Of a stretch of 64,000 nucleotides of DNA, positions 1 through 10,192 are shown piece after piece (within the stretch, counting starts at the first letter, position 1; each line of letters begins with the position of its first letter). Source of the DNA: Clostridia bacterium (GTDB lineage Bacteria > Bacillota > DSM-521 > Neomoorellales > JACIYF01). The stretch spans positions 17,717 to 81,716 of the forward strand of contig JACIYF010000002.1 in the NCBI GenBank assembly GCA_014360065.1, written 5' to 3'. A model generated the notes under the pieces. That model made no database searches, had not been told where the DNA came from, and saw only the letters and a program-made list of their open reading frames with translations. The translations under genes were made by a program, and so were the position numbers.

Positions 1-415
1 GTTCTTGTAATTGGCGCCGCAACTCCCTGTTTTCTTCCACCAGGTTCCTTTGCTGGAGAGCTCGTTCTATTACCAGGTGTAACTGACTTGCTGTGAAAGG
101 CTTGGGAATATAATCATAAGCTCCGTTTTTTATAGCTTCCACCGCAGACTCGATGGTGGCATAAGCCGTAAAAAATATGACCATGATATCAGGGTCATAA
201 TCCTTGGCGGCCCGGAGAATAGCCATCCCATCCAATCGCGGCATTTTCAGGTCTGTTAAAACTACGTCTGGTTTCTCTTGCCTCAGGACGGCCAAGGCCT
301 GTTCGCCATTTAGGAAAGTGACTACCTCATATCCAAGGGGCATCAATAAACGCCGGCAATTTTCTAGCATGTCTTCCTCATCATCAATGACCATGATCTT
401 CCTTTTTCCTGCCAT
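1..415 (-). CDS. Response regulator, receiver domain. Only the 5' part of the gene is present; it continues past the window edge. The linker looks NtrC-like.
   Basis: My own minus-strand translation from the ATG at 415-413 gives MAGKRKIMVIDDEEDMLENCRRLL..VVLTDLKMPRLDG..YDYIPKPF..LVEENRELRRQLQE, with CheY-type Asp/Lys residues. It is absent from the ORF track because it runs off the edge. Confidence 0.8.
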   Translation of the reverse strand, partial: MAGKRKIMVIDDEEDMLENCRRLLMPLGYEVVTFLNGEQALAVLRQEKPDVVLTDLKMPRLDGMAILRAAKDYDPDIMVIFFTAYATIESAVEAIKNGAYDYIPKPFTASQLHLVIERALQQRNLVEENRELRRQLQE

Positions 416-431
416 TTATCTCTATCTCCCT

Positions 432-1790
432 TCAGGAAGCATCTTTTATTTCCCGTTGATGAGGACTTGATACGGCGGGCTTCGAAGGACCTTGTCCAAC
501 TCTGGCCCCGGCAGCCGGCAGGGTTATTATAAACGTAGCCCCCTGGCCGGGTTGGCTGTTAACCTCAATACGGCCACCGTGATTTTCAATGATACCCTGG
601 GTCACGAAGAGTCCCAGGCCTGTACCTTTACCCACCTCTTTAGTGGTAAAGAAAGGGTCAAAAATCCGCTCTAGGTTTTCCGGAGCAATTCCAACTCCTG
701 TGTCGCTAACTTCTATTTTCACCCAGCCCGGGACAGACGAATAGGACGCAACCCTAATGATGCCTTCTCGTATGATAGCATCCCTGGCATTTTGGAGGAG
801 ATTGATCAGGACCTGTTGCAGGTGATCCGGATTGCCGTATACAAAGGGCAGTTTGCAGTCCAGGTGCTTCTGCAGCTGGATCTGGGCTTTCTCCAATTGA
901 TTACCTAGCAAAGAGAGCACCCCTTCCACTACCTCATTGAGGTCCACGAGTTGGAAGGTTTCCGTTGGGCGCCGGGCAAAGGAAAGAAGACTCTGGGTGG
1001 TAGTAGTTATACGCCGAGCATGCTTACCAATTACCTGCAGGTCTGTAATCAGGGAAGAAAGTTCTGGTTGTAGCCCGTTTTGTAATTCTGACAGCATACA
1101 TTCCAGGCGGGCAAGAATAATACTGGCCGGATTATTGATTTCGTGGGCAAGCCCCGCCGCCAGCTGGCCAACAACCGCCATTTTTTCTGACTGGATTAGC
1201 AGTCGCTCGAACCTTTTTAGTTCCTCGTACCTTTCTACCAGAGCCTTATTTAACTGGTTTATCTCCCGGTTGGCCTCTTCCAGTTGTTGTTTTTCTTTTT
1301 GTAACCTGGCAATTAGCCTGCTTCTTTGGATGGCCAGGCCGGTAAGGTTAGCTATGGCCAGGATTACCTCCTGGTCCTCTAAGGTAAAAACTCCAGGTTC
1401 GGCACTGGCTATGGATAGAACGGCTATAATTTTCTGGTCAACTTTAACGGGGAGGCAGAGATATTTTTGGATGGCCGTCTCTGTCATCAGGTAAGCACAG
1501 TCTTGAGCGCCATTAGAGAGGTTAACTATCACCGGGAAACCATCACGCAGAGCCGGACACTGCCTGGAATTCAGTGCTTCCTGGCAAAGGTTTGTGCGAG
1601 GCTGTGATAGGAAACACCGGTGAGCTTGTAAGGAAAAAGTTTCTCCCTCCAGCAAGAAAAATCGACAACAGTAAGTGGGGAAGAGCTGCCTCATTTCCCT
1701 TACCACCACGGTTGCTATCTGGTCCACTTCCATAGGCAGGTAACCAAAAAGGTTATTTAGTTTAAGCACAGTGGCAAAAGCCTTATTCAC
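432..1790 (-). CDS. Soluble sensor histidine kinase: Cys-rich GAF-like N-terminus, coiled coil, HisKA and HATPase_c.
   Basis: 452-aa ORF with H-box AAGLAHEINNPAS, N/G boxes (LLQNARDA, DTGVGI, GTGLGL) and no hydrophobic TM segment. Its stop lies 17 nt upstream of the response regulator start. Confidence 0.85.
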   Translation of the reverse strand: MNKAFATVLKLNNLFGYLPMEVDQIATVVVREMRQLFPTYCCRFFLLEGETFSLQAHRCFLSQPRTNLCQEALNSRQCPALRDGFPVIVNLSNGAQDCAYLMTETAIQKYLCLPVKVDQKIIAVLSIASAEPGVFTLEDQEVILAIANLTGLAIQRSRLIARLQKEKQQLEEANREINQLNKALVERYEELKRFERLLIQSEKMAVVGQLAAGLAHEINNPASIILARLECMLSELQNGLQPELSSLITDLQVIGKHARRITTTTQSLLSFARRPTETFQLVDLNEVVEGVLSLLGNQLEKAQIQLQKHLDCKLPFVYGNPDHLQQVLINLLQNARDAIIREGIIRVASYSSVPGWVKIEVSDTGVGIAPENLERIFDPFFTTKEVGKGTGLGLFVTQGIIENHGGRIEVNSQPGQGATFIITLPAAGARVGQGPSKPAVSSPHQREIKDAS

Positions 1791-1802
1791 CTTGCCTCGC
1801 CC

Positions 1803-2795
1803 CTATTGTCTTTTGGCTGCCATGAATGCCGTTACATACTCAGGCCGGGCGTCCAGGGGTAGTTCGCAACCAGAGCTGAGGATAAGTTGTTGACCAGGCA
1901 ATTGAGTTAAGGCCTGAACTTCTTCCTGAATCTTTTTTTCTGGTCCTGATACAAAAAGGTAAGGTTTGACGTTACCTATGAAGCAAATGCCAGGTAATAG
2001 TTGCATGGCCTCGACAGGCGAAACGACGTAATCAAGCCCCACCAAATTTACAGGTATCTCTTCCAGGCAGGGAAGGATTTTTCCTACCGGACCGGTAATT
2101 TGCAACCAGCGAATACTAGCCCCCGCAACCGCATAGGCTGAGAATATACTCTCCAGGAGGGGAACAAGATAGCTGTGAAAAGCAGCCGCGGGCAAAACGG
2201 CGAGTGAGCCAGCTGGTTCTAGAAGTACCAGACCATGGGCTCCTGCGGCTAAAAGAGCCTGGCCCTGCAGGGTGCTCACCCGGGCCGTGAAGGCCAGGAT
2301 TTCCTGGAATCTCGCTGGAGCGTCAATTATCAGGTATAAGAGCTGTTCCAGACCCAGTAATTGACCGGCTATTGTCATAGGTCCTGTCACTTTGCCCACC
2401 ACTGGTACCTGGTTTTTCACCTGCCGGCGCAACAAGGCACAGGCCTTAAGAATGACTGGCATTCGCCCCGCCTTTGTAGGTTCAGGCAATCGCAAGGAAG
2501 CCAGGTCGTTAAAACCTAGCCGGCCGATTACATAGGGATAATCATCTTCAGGATATTCCAGGATGGCTCCCAGGGCCTCAGCCTCCACCGAATTATCGGC
2601 CCCTACCAGGAGTAAATCGTATTTGAAACGCCTGTAGCTGGTAAGGAGGCTCTCTGCCATAGCCTCAGCTTCTGTCACATAACGGCGGACTGGAACTCCG
2701 GCTATTCTTGCTGCCCAGGCTAGCACCTGCGGCGCTGCTGGTATTGTTTCTGGCTTTAGCTCAATAGCTCGCATTATCCTCGTGTAGGAATTCAC
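1803..2795 (-). CDS. Uroporphyrinogen-decarboxylase (URO-D) family protein, MtaA/MT2-like methylcobamide methyltransferase.
   Basis: 330-aa ORF with overall URO-D/MtaA-like sequence character. It overlaps the upstream corrinoid protein gene by 4 nt. Confidence 0.65.
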   Translation of the reverse strand: MNSYTRIMRAIELKPETIPAAPQVLAWAARIAGVPVRRYVTEAEAMAESLLTSYRRFKYDLLLVGADNSVEAEALGAILEYPEDDYPYVIGRLGFNDLASLRLPEPTKAGRMPVILKACALLRRQVKNQVPVVGKVTGPMTIAGQLLGLEQLLYLIIDAPARFQEILAFTARVSTLQGQALLAAGAHGLVLLEPAGSLAVLPAAAFHSYLVPLLESIFSAYAVAGASIRWLQITGPVGKILPCLEEIPVNLVGLDYVVSPVEAMQLLPGICFIGNVKPYLFVSGPEKKIQEEVQALTQLPGQQLILSSGCELPLDARPEYVTAFMAAKRQ

Positions 2796-3430
2796 GGTTT
2801 AACCCCCTTCGCGGTACAAAGCCTCAGCGCAGTAAAGACGTCTCTGGCTATCAAATCCACGTTGAGATCTTCGGGGCAGCACTGCTGTACAGCTGCGCCC
2901 CCAGCAATTACTTTTATTCCCTCAAGACCGACTTTTTGGGCGAAGGGCTTGATTTCCCGTACGGTATGAAATGTAGTGGAAATGAGGGTGGAAACGCCAA
3001 TCCAGCTTGCCTGTTCCTGCTGGGCTACAGTAACGAAGGTCTGGGGCGGTACGTCTGTTCCCAGGTCTATTACCCGAAAGCCTGCTGCGGTAAAGATTAT
3101 TTTTACTATGTTTTTGCCTAAGTCGTGGATATCGCCCTGGATGGTGCCTAAGACTATGGTGTCTTGCAGCACCTGCTTCATATTTAAATGACCGTGAGCT
3201 TGTAAAACGTTCATGACGCTCATTACGGCCCGGCCGGCCAACAAGATTTCCAGCAGGTTAAATTCATCGTTGGTACATTTTATGTCCAGGGAACGCAAGG
3301 CATGGGTCAACCCCAGTTCTATCACAGCCTCTACCGGGAGACCGGCTCGCAACAGTTGGAGAGCGATCTCTGCCGCTTCTGCACTGCGGCCTTCCATAAT
3401 AACTGTAGCCAGTTTGTTAGCATCCACCAT
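2792..3430 (-). CDS. Cobalamin-binding corrinoid protein (B12-binding cap plus Rossmann domain).
   Basis: 212-aa ORF with the DxHxxG motif (GDIHDLGKN) followed by a GxxxSxL-type region (GVSTLISTT). The size is typical of methyltransferase corrinoid proteins. Confidence 0.8.
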   Translation of the reverse strand: MVDANKLATVIMEGRSAEAAEIALQLLRAGLPVEAVIELGLTHALRSLDIKCTNDEFNLLEILLAGRAVMSVMNVLQAHGHLNMKQVLQDTIVLGTIQGDIHDLGKNIVKIIFTAAGFRVIDLGTDVPPQTFVTVAQQEQASWIGVSTLISTTFHTVREIKPFAQKVGLEGIKVIAGGAAVQQCCPEDLNVDLIARDVFTALRLCTAKGVKP

Positions 3431-4016
3431 GGCTCCATCTCCTAAAAAGAAAATTAAGCCAAAAAATATAGCACCTTGCTGTACCTAGGCTTGGTATCAA
3501 GCACCTGAAGCCAGGTCACCCAAAGCCTTTTCCTGGAGCCTCTAAATCTGATAACTAAATTTTCTAACGCCTGCTATCCAGGTTTCTTAGCACGAGATAG
3601 GAATAACCGAGCCTTGCAGGCAGATAAAATGCCGCCCATTATCGACATAAGACGGATGCCCGCAGGTCTACTAGTCATGCTTTTAATTCGCCAGACAGGA
3701 AGTATGTTCCTCCCGAGTTCGACAGTTTTGAGGCACATGGGGAAGCGTGGATCTTGCAATGGCGCGGTTTTCGGGGATTTGGATTAGGGAAAACGAGAGA
3801 AGGCGTAGGCACACCATATACGGCCGGGTATCAGGAATATGCGTGGCAGTAGCGAATAGAGTAGGCATGTACATCCGAACTGCGCAGCGCAACAACAAGG
3901 ACCACGCTTACGTCCATGTAATGTAAGGACTTTGTCAGAGTTACTCCCAACGCTCTTCGCCAAAGCATAGACCATATACTGATCAAGGCTCACGTTTTCT
4001 TTCCTATGGCCAGGGG

Positions 4017-4628
4017 TCAAGTGCCGGATATAACTTTTTTACGTAAATACCCAGCGGCGGATTGAAAGGCCCGGGCCCGGTGGCTAATGCGGTTTTTTAC
4101 CATCGGCGGCAGCTCAGCCATGGTGGCCCGGTACCTGGGGACCACAAATAGGGGGTCATAGCCAAAGCCGTGGTGACCGCGGGGAGAAAAGCCAATGTAA
4201 CCTTCGCAACAACCTTCAAACCAGCGCTTTTCCCCCGAGGGGAGGGCAATGCAGATGACGCAACGGAAGCGGGCCCGGCGCCGGGGTTTGGGCACCCCAC
4301 GAAGCAGCGCCAATAGCTTCTGGTTGTTGCGGGCATCGTCCTTGGGTTCGCCGGCAAAACGGGCCGAATGTACCCCAGGAGCACCTCCTAGATAATCCAC
4401 TTCCAGGCCCGAGTCATCGGCTAGGGAGAGCTTACCGGTGGCGCGCAGGGCAAAGTCAGCTTTGAGCTGGGCATTGGCTTTAAAAGTGGCGCCCGACTCC
4501 TTCGGCTCACCCACCCCGGGAAAGTCAGCCAGGCACAAGAGTTCCAGGCCGCTAATGCCTGCGGCCTGGAACAGCTCTTGGTATTCGCGGATCTTGCCTC
4601 GATTATGGCTGGCTATCACTATCTCCAT
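4017..4628 (-). CDS. rdgB: Non-canonical purine NTP pyrophosphatase (RdgB/HAM1 family).
   Basis: 203-aa ORF reading [20 protein letters not shown]...FGYDPLF. It overlaps the rph stop, the conserved rph-rdgB arrangement. Confidence 0.9.
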   Translation of the reverse strand: MEIVIASHNRGKIREYQELFQAAGISGLELLCLADFPGVGEPKESGATFKANAQLKADFALRATGKLSLADDSGLEVDYLGGAPGVHSARFAGEPKDDARNNQKLLALLRGVPKPRRRARFRCVICIALPSGEKRWFEGCCEGYIGFSPRGHHGFGYDPLFVVPRYRATMAELPPMVKNRISHRARAFQSAAGYLRKKVISGT

Positions 4629-5397
4629 GGCTGGGCTCTCCGTCTGCCTGGGGAATCCACTTCCCCACCAGCTCGGCCACTTCCCCCAGGCATTGGCGCT
4701 GGTAGGCTATCAATTGTTCAATACCTTGCCAGGCAAGGGCCAGCATGGCATCCATCTCTTCTTTGCTAAAGGGGCTGCCCTCGGCTGTGCCCTGGATTTC
4801 AACCAGCTGGCCTCGACCGGTCATGACCACGTTCATATCTACTTGGGCCTGAGAGTCTTCATGATAGTTAAGGTCGAGGAGGATCTCGTCCCCAATCTTG
4901 CCAACGCTCACCGCCGCTACGTAGTCGGTAACCGGCAAGTTCGGCCACCCCTCTTGGTCCGCCAAGGGCTTAAGGGCGTCGACCAGAGCCATAAAGCTCC
5001 CAGTAATGGCTGCGGTCCTGGTACCGCCATCGGCTTGGATGACGTCGCAATCAATCCAAATAGTTCGCTCTTTTAGGGCCGATAAATCCACCACCGAACG
5101 CAAGGAGCGCCCAATTAGCCGTTGAATCTCATAAGTTCGGCCTCCGGGGTGGCCCTTAGCTGCCTCCCGGACCGACCGCACCTGAGTCGAACGGGGAAGC
5201 AACCCGTATTCGGCCGTGATCCATCCCTTGTTCTGACCCTTTAAAAAGGTGGGTACCTTGTCCTCAATGCTGGCAGTACAGATCACCCGGGTATCTCCCA
5301 TCTCCATCAGCACCGAGCCCTCAGGGTACTTGAGATAGGGGCGGATTATCCTCACCTGACGGAGCTCATTGGCTTTGCGCCCCTCCAACCTTTGCAA
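4603..5397 (-). CDS. rph: Ribonuclease PH.
   Basis: The ORF contains [27 protein letters not shown]...[18 protein letters not shown]. The track start at 5430 overlaps murI, so the in-frame TTG at 5397 ([15 protein letters not shown]) is the more plausible start. Confidence 0.9.
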   Translation of the reverse strand: MQRLEGRKANELRQVRIIRPYLKYPEGSVLMEMGDTRVICTASIEDKVPTFLKGQNKGWITAEYGLLPRSTQVRSVREAAKGHPGGRTYEIQRLIGRSLRSVVDLSALKERTIWIDCDVIQADGGTRTAAITGSFMALVDALKPLADQEGWPNLPVTDYVAAVSVGKIGDEILLDLNYHEDSQAQVDMNVVMTGRGQLVEIQGTAEGSPFSKEEMDAMLALAWQGIEQLIAYQRQCLGEVAELVGKWIPQADGEPSHGDSDSQP

Positions 5398-6304
5398 GGG
5401 CCATACCCCCCACTTCCAGTTCGGGGCCAAAAATATCGGCCCGAGTCACCGGCCCTAGCCGGCCCTCGCCCACCAGCTGGGTCGCGGTGCGATAGAAAGC
5501 CTCCGGGCTCCCGCTGACATAAAATTCCTGCCGGCAGCAGCATGAAGCATCGGCCAAGGCTTGGTTTTTGGCCAGCAGGGCTTTCACTTCCAGCACCGTA
5601 GCTTCGGCGGGATCAACCAGCTCTACCCCCACCCCCGCTATCTCGGACACCAAGTCGCGTAGGTACGGGTAATGAGTGCAACCGTACACCAGGGTATCAA
5701 TACCTTGTCTCAACAAAGGCTGCAAGTAGCGATATACCGCCTCCCGAGCCCTCAATGAATGGGTTTCCCCGGCTTCGATCAGCGGCACCAGGAGCGGGCA
5801 GGCCTCCATCCATACCTCCGCTTTGGGATTCTCCCGCTTAAGGGCCCGGAGATAGGCCTCGCTCTTAACCGTAGCCTCGGTGGCAATAACTCCAATTTTT
5901 CCCCCTCGGCTGGCCCGCACCGCCGCCTGGGCCCCGGGCTCGACTACCCCTACCACAGGAATTTGGTACTTTCGCTTTAGGCTATCCAGGGCTACCGAAG
6001 ATGTAGTATTGCAAGCATCAATAATAACTTTGCACCCTTTTTCCACTAGAAAAGCAGTGATGGAATCGGCCAAACTAATTAATTCGGCGACCTCCCGCGA
6101 ACCGTAAGGTACGTGGGCAGTATCGCCGAAATAGACGATGGACTCATATGGCAGGTGCTTCCAGAGCTGTTCAACTACTGTAAGGCCCCCTACGCCGGAG
6201 TCAAAGACCCCTATAGGCCGGCACTTTAGCAACGCTCTACCCCTCTTTTCTCGCCTCCCGGCAATTTGCTTCATCATTGTAACAACCACAATCGGCAGTG
6301 TCAA
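5366..6304 (-). CDS. murI: Glutamate racemase.
   Basis: Motifs [18 protein letters not shown] and GCTHYP are present. The exact start is uncertain (alternative M at MMKQIAG). Confidence 0.9.
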   Translation of the reverse strand: MTLPIVVVTMMKQIAGRREKRGRALLKCRPIGVFDSGVGGLTVVEQLWKHLPYESIVYFGDTAHVPYGSREVAELISLADSITAFLVEKGCKVIIDACNTTSSVALDSLKRKYQIPVVGVVEPGAQAAVRASRGGKIGVIATEATVKSEAYLRALKRENPKAEVWMEACPLLVPLIEAGETHSLRAREAVYRYLQPLLRQGIDTLVYGCTHYPYLRDLVSEIAGVGVELVDPAEATVLEVKALLAKNQALADASCCCRQEFYVSGSPEAFYRTATQLVGEGRLGPVTRADIFGPELEVGGMALAKVGGAQSQ

Positions 6305-6312
6305 ACTAGAAA

Positions 6313-6945
6313 CTATTGGCCAATCACCAACGAGTGGTCAGGCGCCAAGGCCTCGGAAACGTCCAAATGGCCGGCCAGGCTCTGGATCTCCTTCCCATCC
6401 ACCAGGATCTTGACTTGCTTGACAGTAGGAAACTGGGCCAAAGTATTGACGATGGAATAAACCGTTAAGGCCTCGCCAGTGGAACCGCCTTTGTGGTTTT
6501 TCACCAACTCCTCCGAGAAATCAACGATGCACAGCCCATCCTTGCGCACATTGATATCTTTTAGCTGGGTACCCTGGGGAATGGTCGGTATCAGCGCCGA
6601 TCCCGGTGCCGGCCCCTTAATCAGCTCTTCGATGGTGGCTCGGGCAATCCCTTCCACCTTGGGGATGGAGCGCTCTTCCTTGACCAATCCTTTCCCCTGG
6701 GCATCGCTGAAGTACAGCACCACCGTCTGCGTCTCTTGGCTGGGAGCTGGTGCCCCTGGTTCCGGAGCCGGCAGAGCTGGAGGCGGGGCAGTGGAAGAAT
6801 TAGATTCCGGCTGGCCTTGGATTTGTTGCTGGATCTCTCTTAAGCGCTCCCCGCACCCGCCCATGCCTGTTACTAACCCTGTGGCCAGCGCGCCCAACAA
6901 TACCCACGATAACCATTTGTTTCCTCTCAGTCGGCCAAAACTCAT
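6313..6945 (-). CDS. gerM: GerM-domain lipoprotein (spore germination protein M-like).
   Basis: Signal peptide with lipobox (LVTGMGGC), a Pro-rich linker, then GerM-like sequence VVLYFSDAQG...TIEELIKGP...TVYSIVNTLAQFP. It sits next to murI, as in Bacillus. Confidence 0.8.
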   Translation of the reverse strand: MSFGRLRGNKWLSWVLLGALATGLVTGMGGCGERLREIQQQIQGQPESNSSTAPPPALPAPEPGAPAPSQETQTVVLYFSDAQGKGLVKEERSIPKVEGIARATIEELIKGPAPGSALIPTIPQGTQLKDINVRKDGLCIVDFSEELVKNHKGGSTGEALTVYSIVNTLAQFPTVKQVKILVDGKEIQSLAGHLDVSEALAPDHSLVIGQ

Positions 6946-7071
6946 AGGTTCTTCCTCCCTTTCCTACTTTTGTTAAATTTATATAGTCAAGCCCTCAAGC
7001 TTATGACTAAATCTGGTCTTACCGAGGGCTAAGGAAAGGAAGGTGGATAGAGTTAGTGACGACTAGGACGA

Positions 7072-8178
7072 CTAGTCGACTTGGCTCAGCACCTTTTCTA
7101 AAGCGGAAACGAGCTTCCGGTTCTCCTCCGGCTTGCCGATACTGATGCGAAGGAAATTGTCCAGGCCGAAAATGTCGCCGGTGCGGGTAATCACCCCTTC
7201 CTTGAGCAGTGCCTGGAACACCTTCCGGCTATCCCGGCCAACGTTGACGAAAATGAAGTTGGCCTGGGTGGGGAGATAGGCTAAGCCCAGCCGAGCCAAC
7301 TCGCCGTAAAGGTACCGCTTTCCTTGCTGGTTGTTCTCCTGGGTACGCTTAACATGCGCGCCATCGCCAAGGGCGGCACAGGCTGCCTTTTGGGCCAGAC
7401 GGTTGACGTTAAAAGGCTCGCGCACTCGGTGAATCCAGCTTATGACCTCCGGATTGCCCACGCCGTAGCCCACCCGCAACCCGGCCAAGCCATAGACCTT
7501 GGAAAATGTGCGCAGCACAACCAGGTTAGGGTAATTGGGCAGAAGTTCCAGTCCCTGGGGGTAATCAGGATCGTCGGCAAACTCACCATAGGCCTCATCC
7601 AGTATGACCAGCACTTGGGGTGGCACTTGGTCTAAGAATTGGACTAGCTCCCCGCGCTTGACTATGGTCCCGGTGGGATTGTTGGGATTGCAGATGAAAA
7701 TCAGTTTGGTGCCATGGTTAATCCTTTTGGCCATGGCCGGCAGATCAAAACGGAACTCGGCGTCTAGCGGCACCGGAACCACCTTGCCGCCCATGAGCTG
7801 AGCGCAGAAATCGTATTCCGAGAAGCTAGGTTGGCCTACTATCACTTCCTCATCGGGCCGCAAGAAGGCCTCGGCAATGAGCTTGATGATCTCATCGGCG
7901 CCATTGCCCAAGATAAGCGATTCCTCGGTAACTTGCAGGTGCTGGGCCAGCGCCCGACGAAGCTCGAAGCAGGTGCCGTCGGGGTAGAGATTTACGCCCG
8001 CTGCTTCCTCCTGGATGGCCTTTATGGCTAAGGGCGAAGGCCCCAAGGGGTTCTCATTGGAAGCAAGCTTAACTACGTCGCTAAGGCCTAGCTCCCGCTG
8101 TACTTCTTCGATGGGCTTACCCGGGACATATGGTTTGATATCGCGAATCGCTTCCCGAATCAATGCTTCCACTTCCAT
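7072..8178 (-). CDS. hisC: Histidinol-phosphate aminotransferase.
   Basis: Motifs ASNENPLGPSP and FSKVYGLAGLRVGY (PLP lysine). I chose the ATG at 8178, which is preceded by GAGGAGG; the track start at 8202 lies upstream of that RBS. Confidence 0.9.
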   Translation of the reverse strand: MEVEALIREAIRDIKPYVPGKPIEEVQRELGLSDVVKLASNENPLGPSPLAIKAIQEEAAGVNLYPDGTCFELRRALAQHLQVTEESLILGNGADEIIKLIAEAFLRPDEEVIVGQPSFSEYDFCAQLMGGKVVPVPLDAEFRFDLPAMAKRINHGTKLIFICNPNNPTGTIVKRGELVQFLDQVPPQVLVILDEAYGEFADDPDYPQGLELLPNYPNLVVLRTFSKVYGLAGLRVGYGVGNPEVISWIHRVREPFNVNRLAQKAACAALGDGAHVKRTQENNQQGKRYLYGELARLGLAYLPTQANFIFVNVGRDSRKVFQALLKEGVITRTGDIFGLDNFLRISIGKPEENRKLVSALEKVLSQVD

Positions 8179-8214
8179 TAGAAAGCCTCCTCGTAAAAAC
8201 ACATGCTCCTAGCT

Positions 8215-8228
8215 GCCAAGCACTCAAC
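8215..8228. repeat. Single copy of the dispersed repeat core (GCCAAGCACTCAAC), in the hisC 5' leader.
   Basis: Direct match to the core GCCCAGCACTCAA with one mismatch. On the minus (mRNA) strand it reads GTTGAGTGCTTGGC, about 37 nt upstream of the hisC ATG. Confidence 0.7.
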
Positions 8229-8376
8229 TTGTTCAACATCAACCAGCAAGGCATTGGCCTATCCGGGTCCGGTTAGACCCCATATCTGTAGTGTCGACTC
8301 GAGTACTGGCTTCGCTCCATAACCCTGCGTGGAGTCGCCACCGGGCCTTGGGCCAAAGCCTGAGCCCAAGGTCCAG

Positions 8377-8808
8377 CTAAAGGCTGTAGAGGGCATCACC
8401 CTCCAGCACCCTAAACCCAGCCTGGCTGAGCTTGGACTGCGCCTCTTCCACCTCTTCCACCCGGAAAATCACCAGCGCCCCGTTACTTCCCCTGCCGATA
8501 AAGGCATACAAGTATTCCACGTTTAGTTGGGCCTGTTCCAAAAGGTCCAGCACCCCTGCCAATCCGCCTGGCTGGTCCGGCATCTCCACCGCAATGACGT
8601 CGGTTTGGCCGACGGTAAAGCCGTCCTCCCGGAGGACACTAAGGGCCCGATCCGGGTCATTGACGATCAGCCGCAGGATTCCAAAATCGGAGGTATCGGC
8701 GATGGATAGGGCCCGGATATTGATTTGGGCAGCCGCCAGGGTACGGGTCACTGCAGCTAGGCGACCAGACTTGTTTTCCAAAAACACGGAAATCTGCTTG
8801 ACGGGCAT
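8377..8808 (-). CDS. ACT domain-containing protein (tandem ACT).
   Basis: 143-aa ORF reading ISVFLENKSGRLAAVTRTLA...IAVEMPDQPGGLAGVL. It sits immediately downstream of the PaaK-like ligase, a common pairing. Confidence 0.8.
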   Translation of the reverse strand: MPVKQISVFLENKSGRLAAVTRTLAAAQINIRALSIADTSDFGILRLIVNDPDRALSVLREDGFTVGQTDVIAVEMPDQPGGLAGVLDLLEQAQLNVEYLYAFIGRGSNGALVIFRVEEVEEAQSKLSQAGFRVLEGDALYSL

Positions 8809-8831
8809 TCTATGCTCCTCCCTCCGCCAGT

Positions 8832-10133
8832 TTATATTTGGCGCCGATCGACTACCCGCACAGCCTTGCCCTCGCTGCGCTGGATGGTTTTGGGCTCCAC
8901 CAGCCGCACCTTGGCGCTGATGCCTAGGGTGCTTTCAATCTCCCGGCGGATTACCGCCTCTAGCTCCTCCAGCCCCCTCACCTTATCGGAGAAGAACTGC
9001 GAGGATACCTCCACCTGGATCTCCAAGGTATCCAGATTGCCTTCCCGATCCACAATCAACAGGTACTGCGGCTCGGTGTAACCGATGGACAACAGCACGC
9101 TCTCCACCTGGGATGGAAAGACATTGACGCCGCGGATAATCAACATATCATCGGTACGCCCGGTAATCCGGCCGATGCGCATGTGGGTGCGGCCGCAATT
9201 GGGGCATTCCCCCTCGATCATGGCGGTGACATCCCGGGTCCGGTAGCGGATCAGGGGAAAGGCTTCCTTGGTAATGGTAGTTATAACCAGTTCCCCCGGC
9301 TCGCCCGGCGCCACCGGTTCTCCGGTCTGGGGATCAATGATCTCGGCAATGAAATGATCTTCAAAAATATGTAGGCCGTGCTTGCCTTGGCATTCCATGG
9401 CCACCCCAGGACCAATAACCTCGCTCAGGCCATAGATGTCATAGGCGTCAATCCCCAGCTTGGCCTCCAAATTGCGGCGCATGTTTTCCGACCAGGGTTC
9501 AGCCCCAAAAATGCCACAGCGGAGTTTGGTCTCTTCGGGCTTAACCCCCATCTCTGCCATCACCTCAGCAATATGGAGGGCATAAGAAGGGGTACAGGTC
9601 AATACGGTGGTCCCGAAATCCTTCATGATCATGACCTGCCGCTTGGTATTGCCGCCGGAAATGGGTATGACTGAGGCCCCAAGACATTCGGCTCCGTAAT
9701 GGATCCCTAACCCCCCGGTGAAAAGGCCATAACCAAAGGCGTTTTGGATCACATCCTGGCGGGATGCGCCTCCACATACTAAAGCCCGGGCCATGAGTTC
9801 AGCCCAGGTAGCCAAATCCCGGCGGGTATAGCCTACCACGGTTGGCTTGCCAGTGGTTCCCGAGGAGGCATGGATGCGAACTACCTCGCTCAGGGGCACG
9901 GCAAACATGTCGTAGGGATAATTATCCCGAAGATCCTGCTTAGTGGTAAAGGGCAAGAGCCTCAAGTCCTCTAGGCTATTGATGTCCTCCGGCCGGACGC
10001 CGATTTCCTGAAACTGCCGGCGATAGTGGGGAACATCGTGGTAAACCCGGCTAACGGTCTGTTTAAGCCGCTCCAGCTGCAGCTCCCGCAGCTCGTCCCG
10101 CGGCATGCACTCGGCCTTCTGGTTCCAGTACAA
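8832..10133 (-). CDS. paaK: Phenylacetate--CoA ligase family protein.
   Basis: 433-aa ORF reading [22 protein letters not shown]...[11 protein letters not shown]...[15 protein letters not shown] start preceded by GGGAGG. Confidence 0.85.
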   Translation of the reverse strand: MYWNQKAECMPRDELRELQLERLKQTVSRVYHDVPHYRRQFQEIGVRPEDINSLEDLRLLPFTTKQDLRDNYPYDMFAVPLSEVVRIHASSGTTGKPTVVGYTRRDLATWAELMARALVCGGASRQDVIQNAFGYGLFTGGLGIHYGAECLGASVIPISGGNTKRQVMIMKDFGTTVLTCTPSYALHIAEVMAEMGVKPEETKLRCGIFGAEPWSENMRRNLEAKLGIDAYDIYGLSEVIGPGVAMECQGKHGLHIFEDHFIAEIIDPQTGEPVAPGEPGELVITTITKEAFPLIRYRTRDVTAMIEGECPNCGRTHMRIGRITGRTDDMLIIRGVNVFPSQVESVLLSIGYTEPQYLLIVDREGNLDTLEIQVEVSSQFFSDKVRGLEELEAVIRREIESTLGISAKVRLVEPKTIQRSEGKAVRVVDRRQI

Positions 10134-10192
10134 ACCATCGCCTCCCTGGTTTTAATTACGGTTGGGTTCGACACCTGAGGCAGTTTTTCCTT

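Noticed and set aside
3431-3700. Cobalamin riboswitch upstream of the corrinoid protein gene.
   Set aside because: Only loose resemblances were found (GTAGACCTGCGGG, GGGTGACCTGGC). There is no GCCACTG block and no convincing B12 box or GGTG..AA.CC core on the minus strand.
3431-4016. Group II intron fragment, RNase P RNA, tmRNA, SRP RNA or 6S RNA in the long gap.
   Set aside because: I could not find the diagnostic sequences on either strand: the GAGGAAAGTCC P4 strand, a domain V hairpin AGCCGTAT..ACGGTT, a tRNA-like end with a tag ORF, or the SRP GGAAG/AGCA motif.
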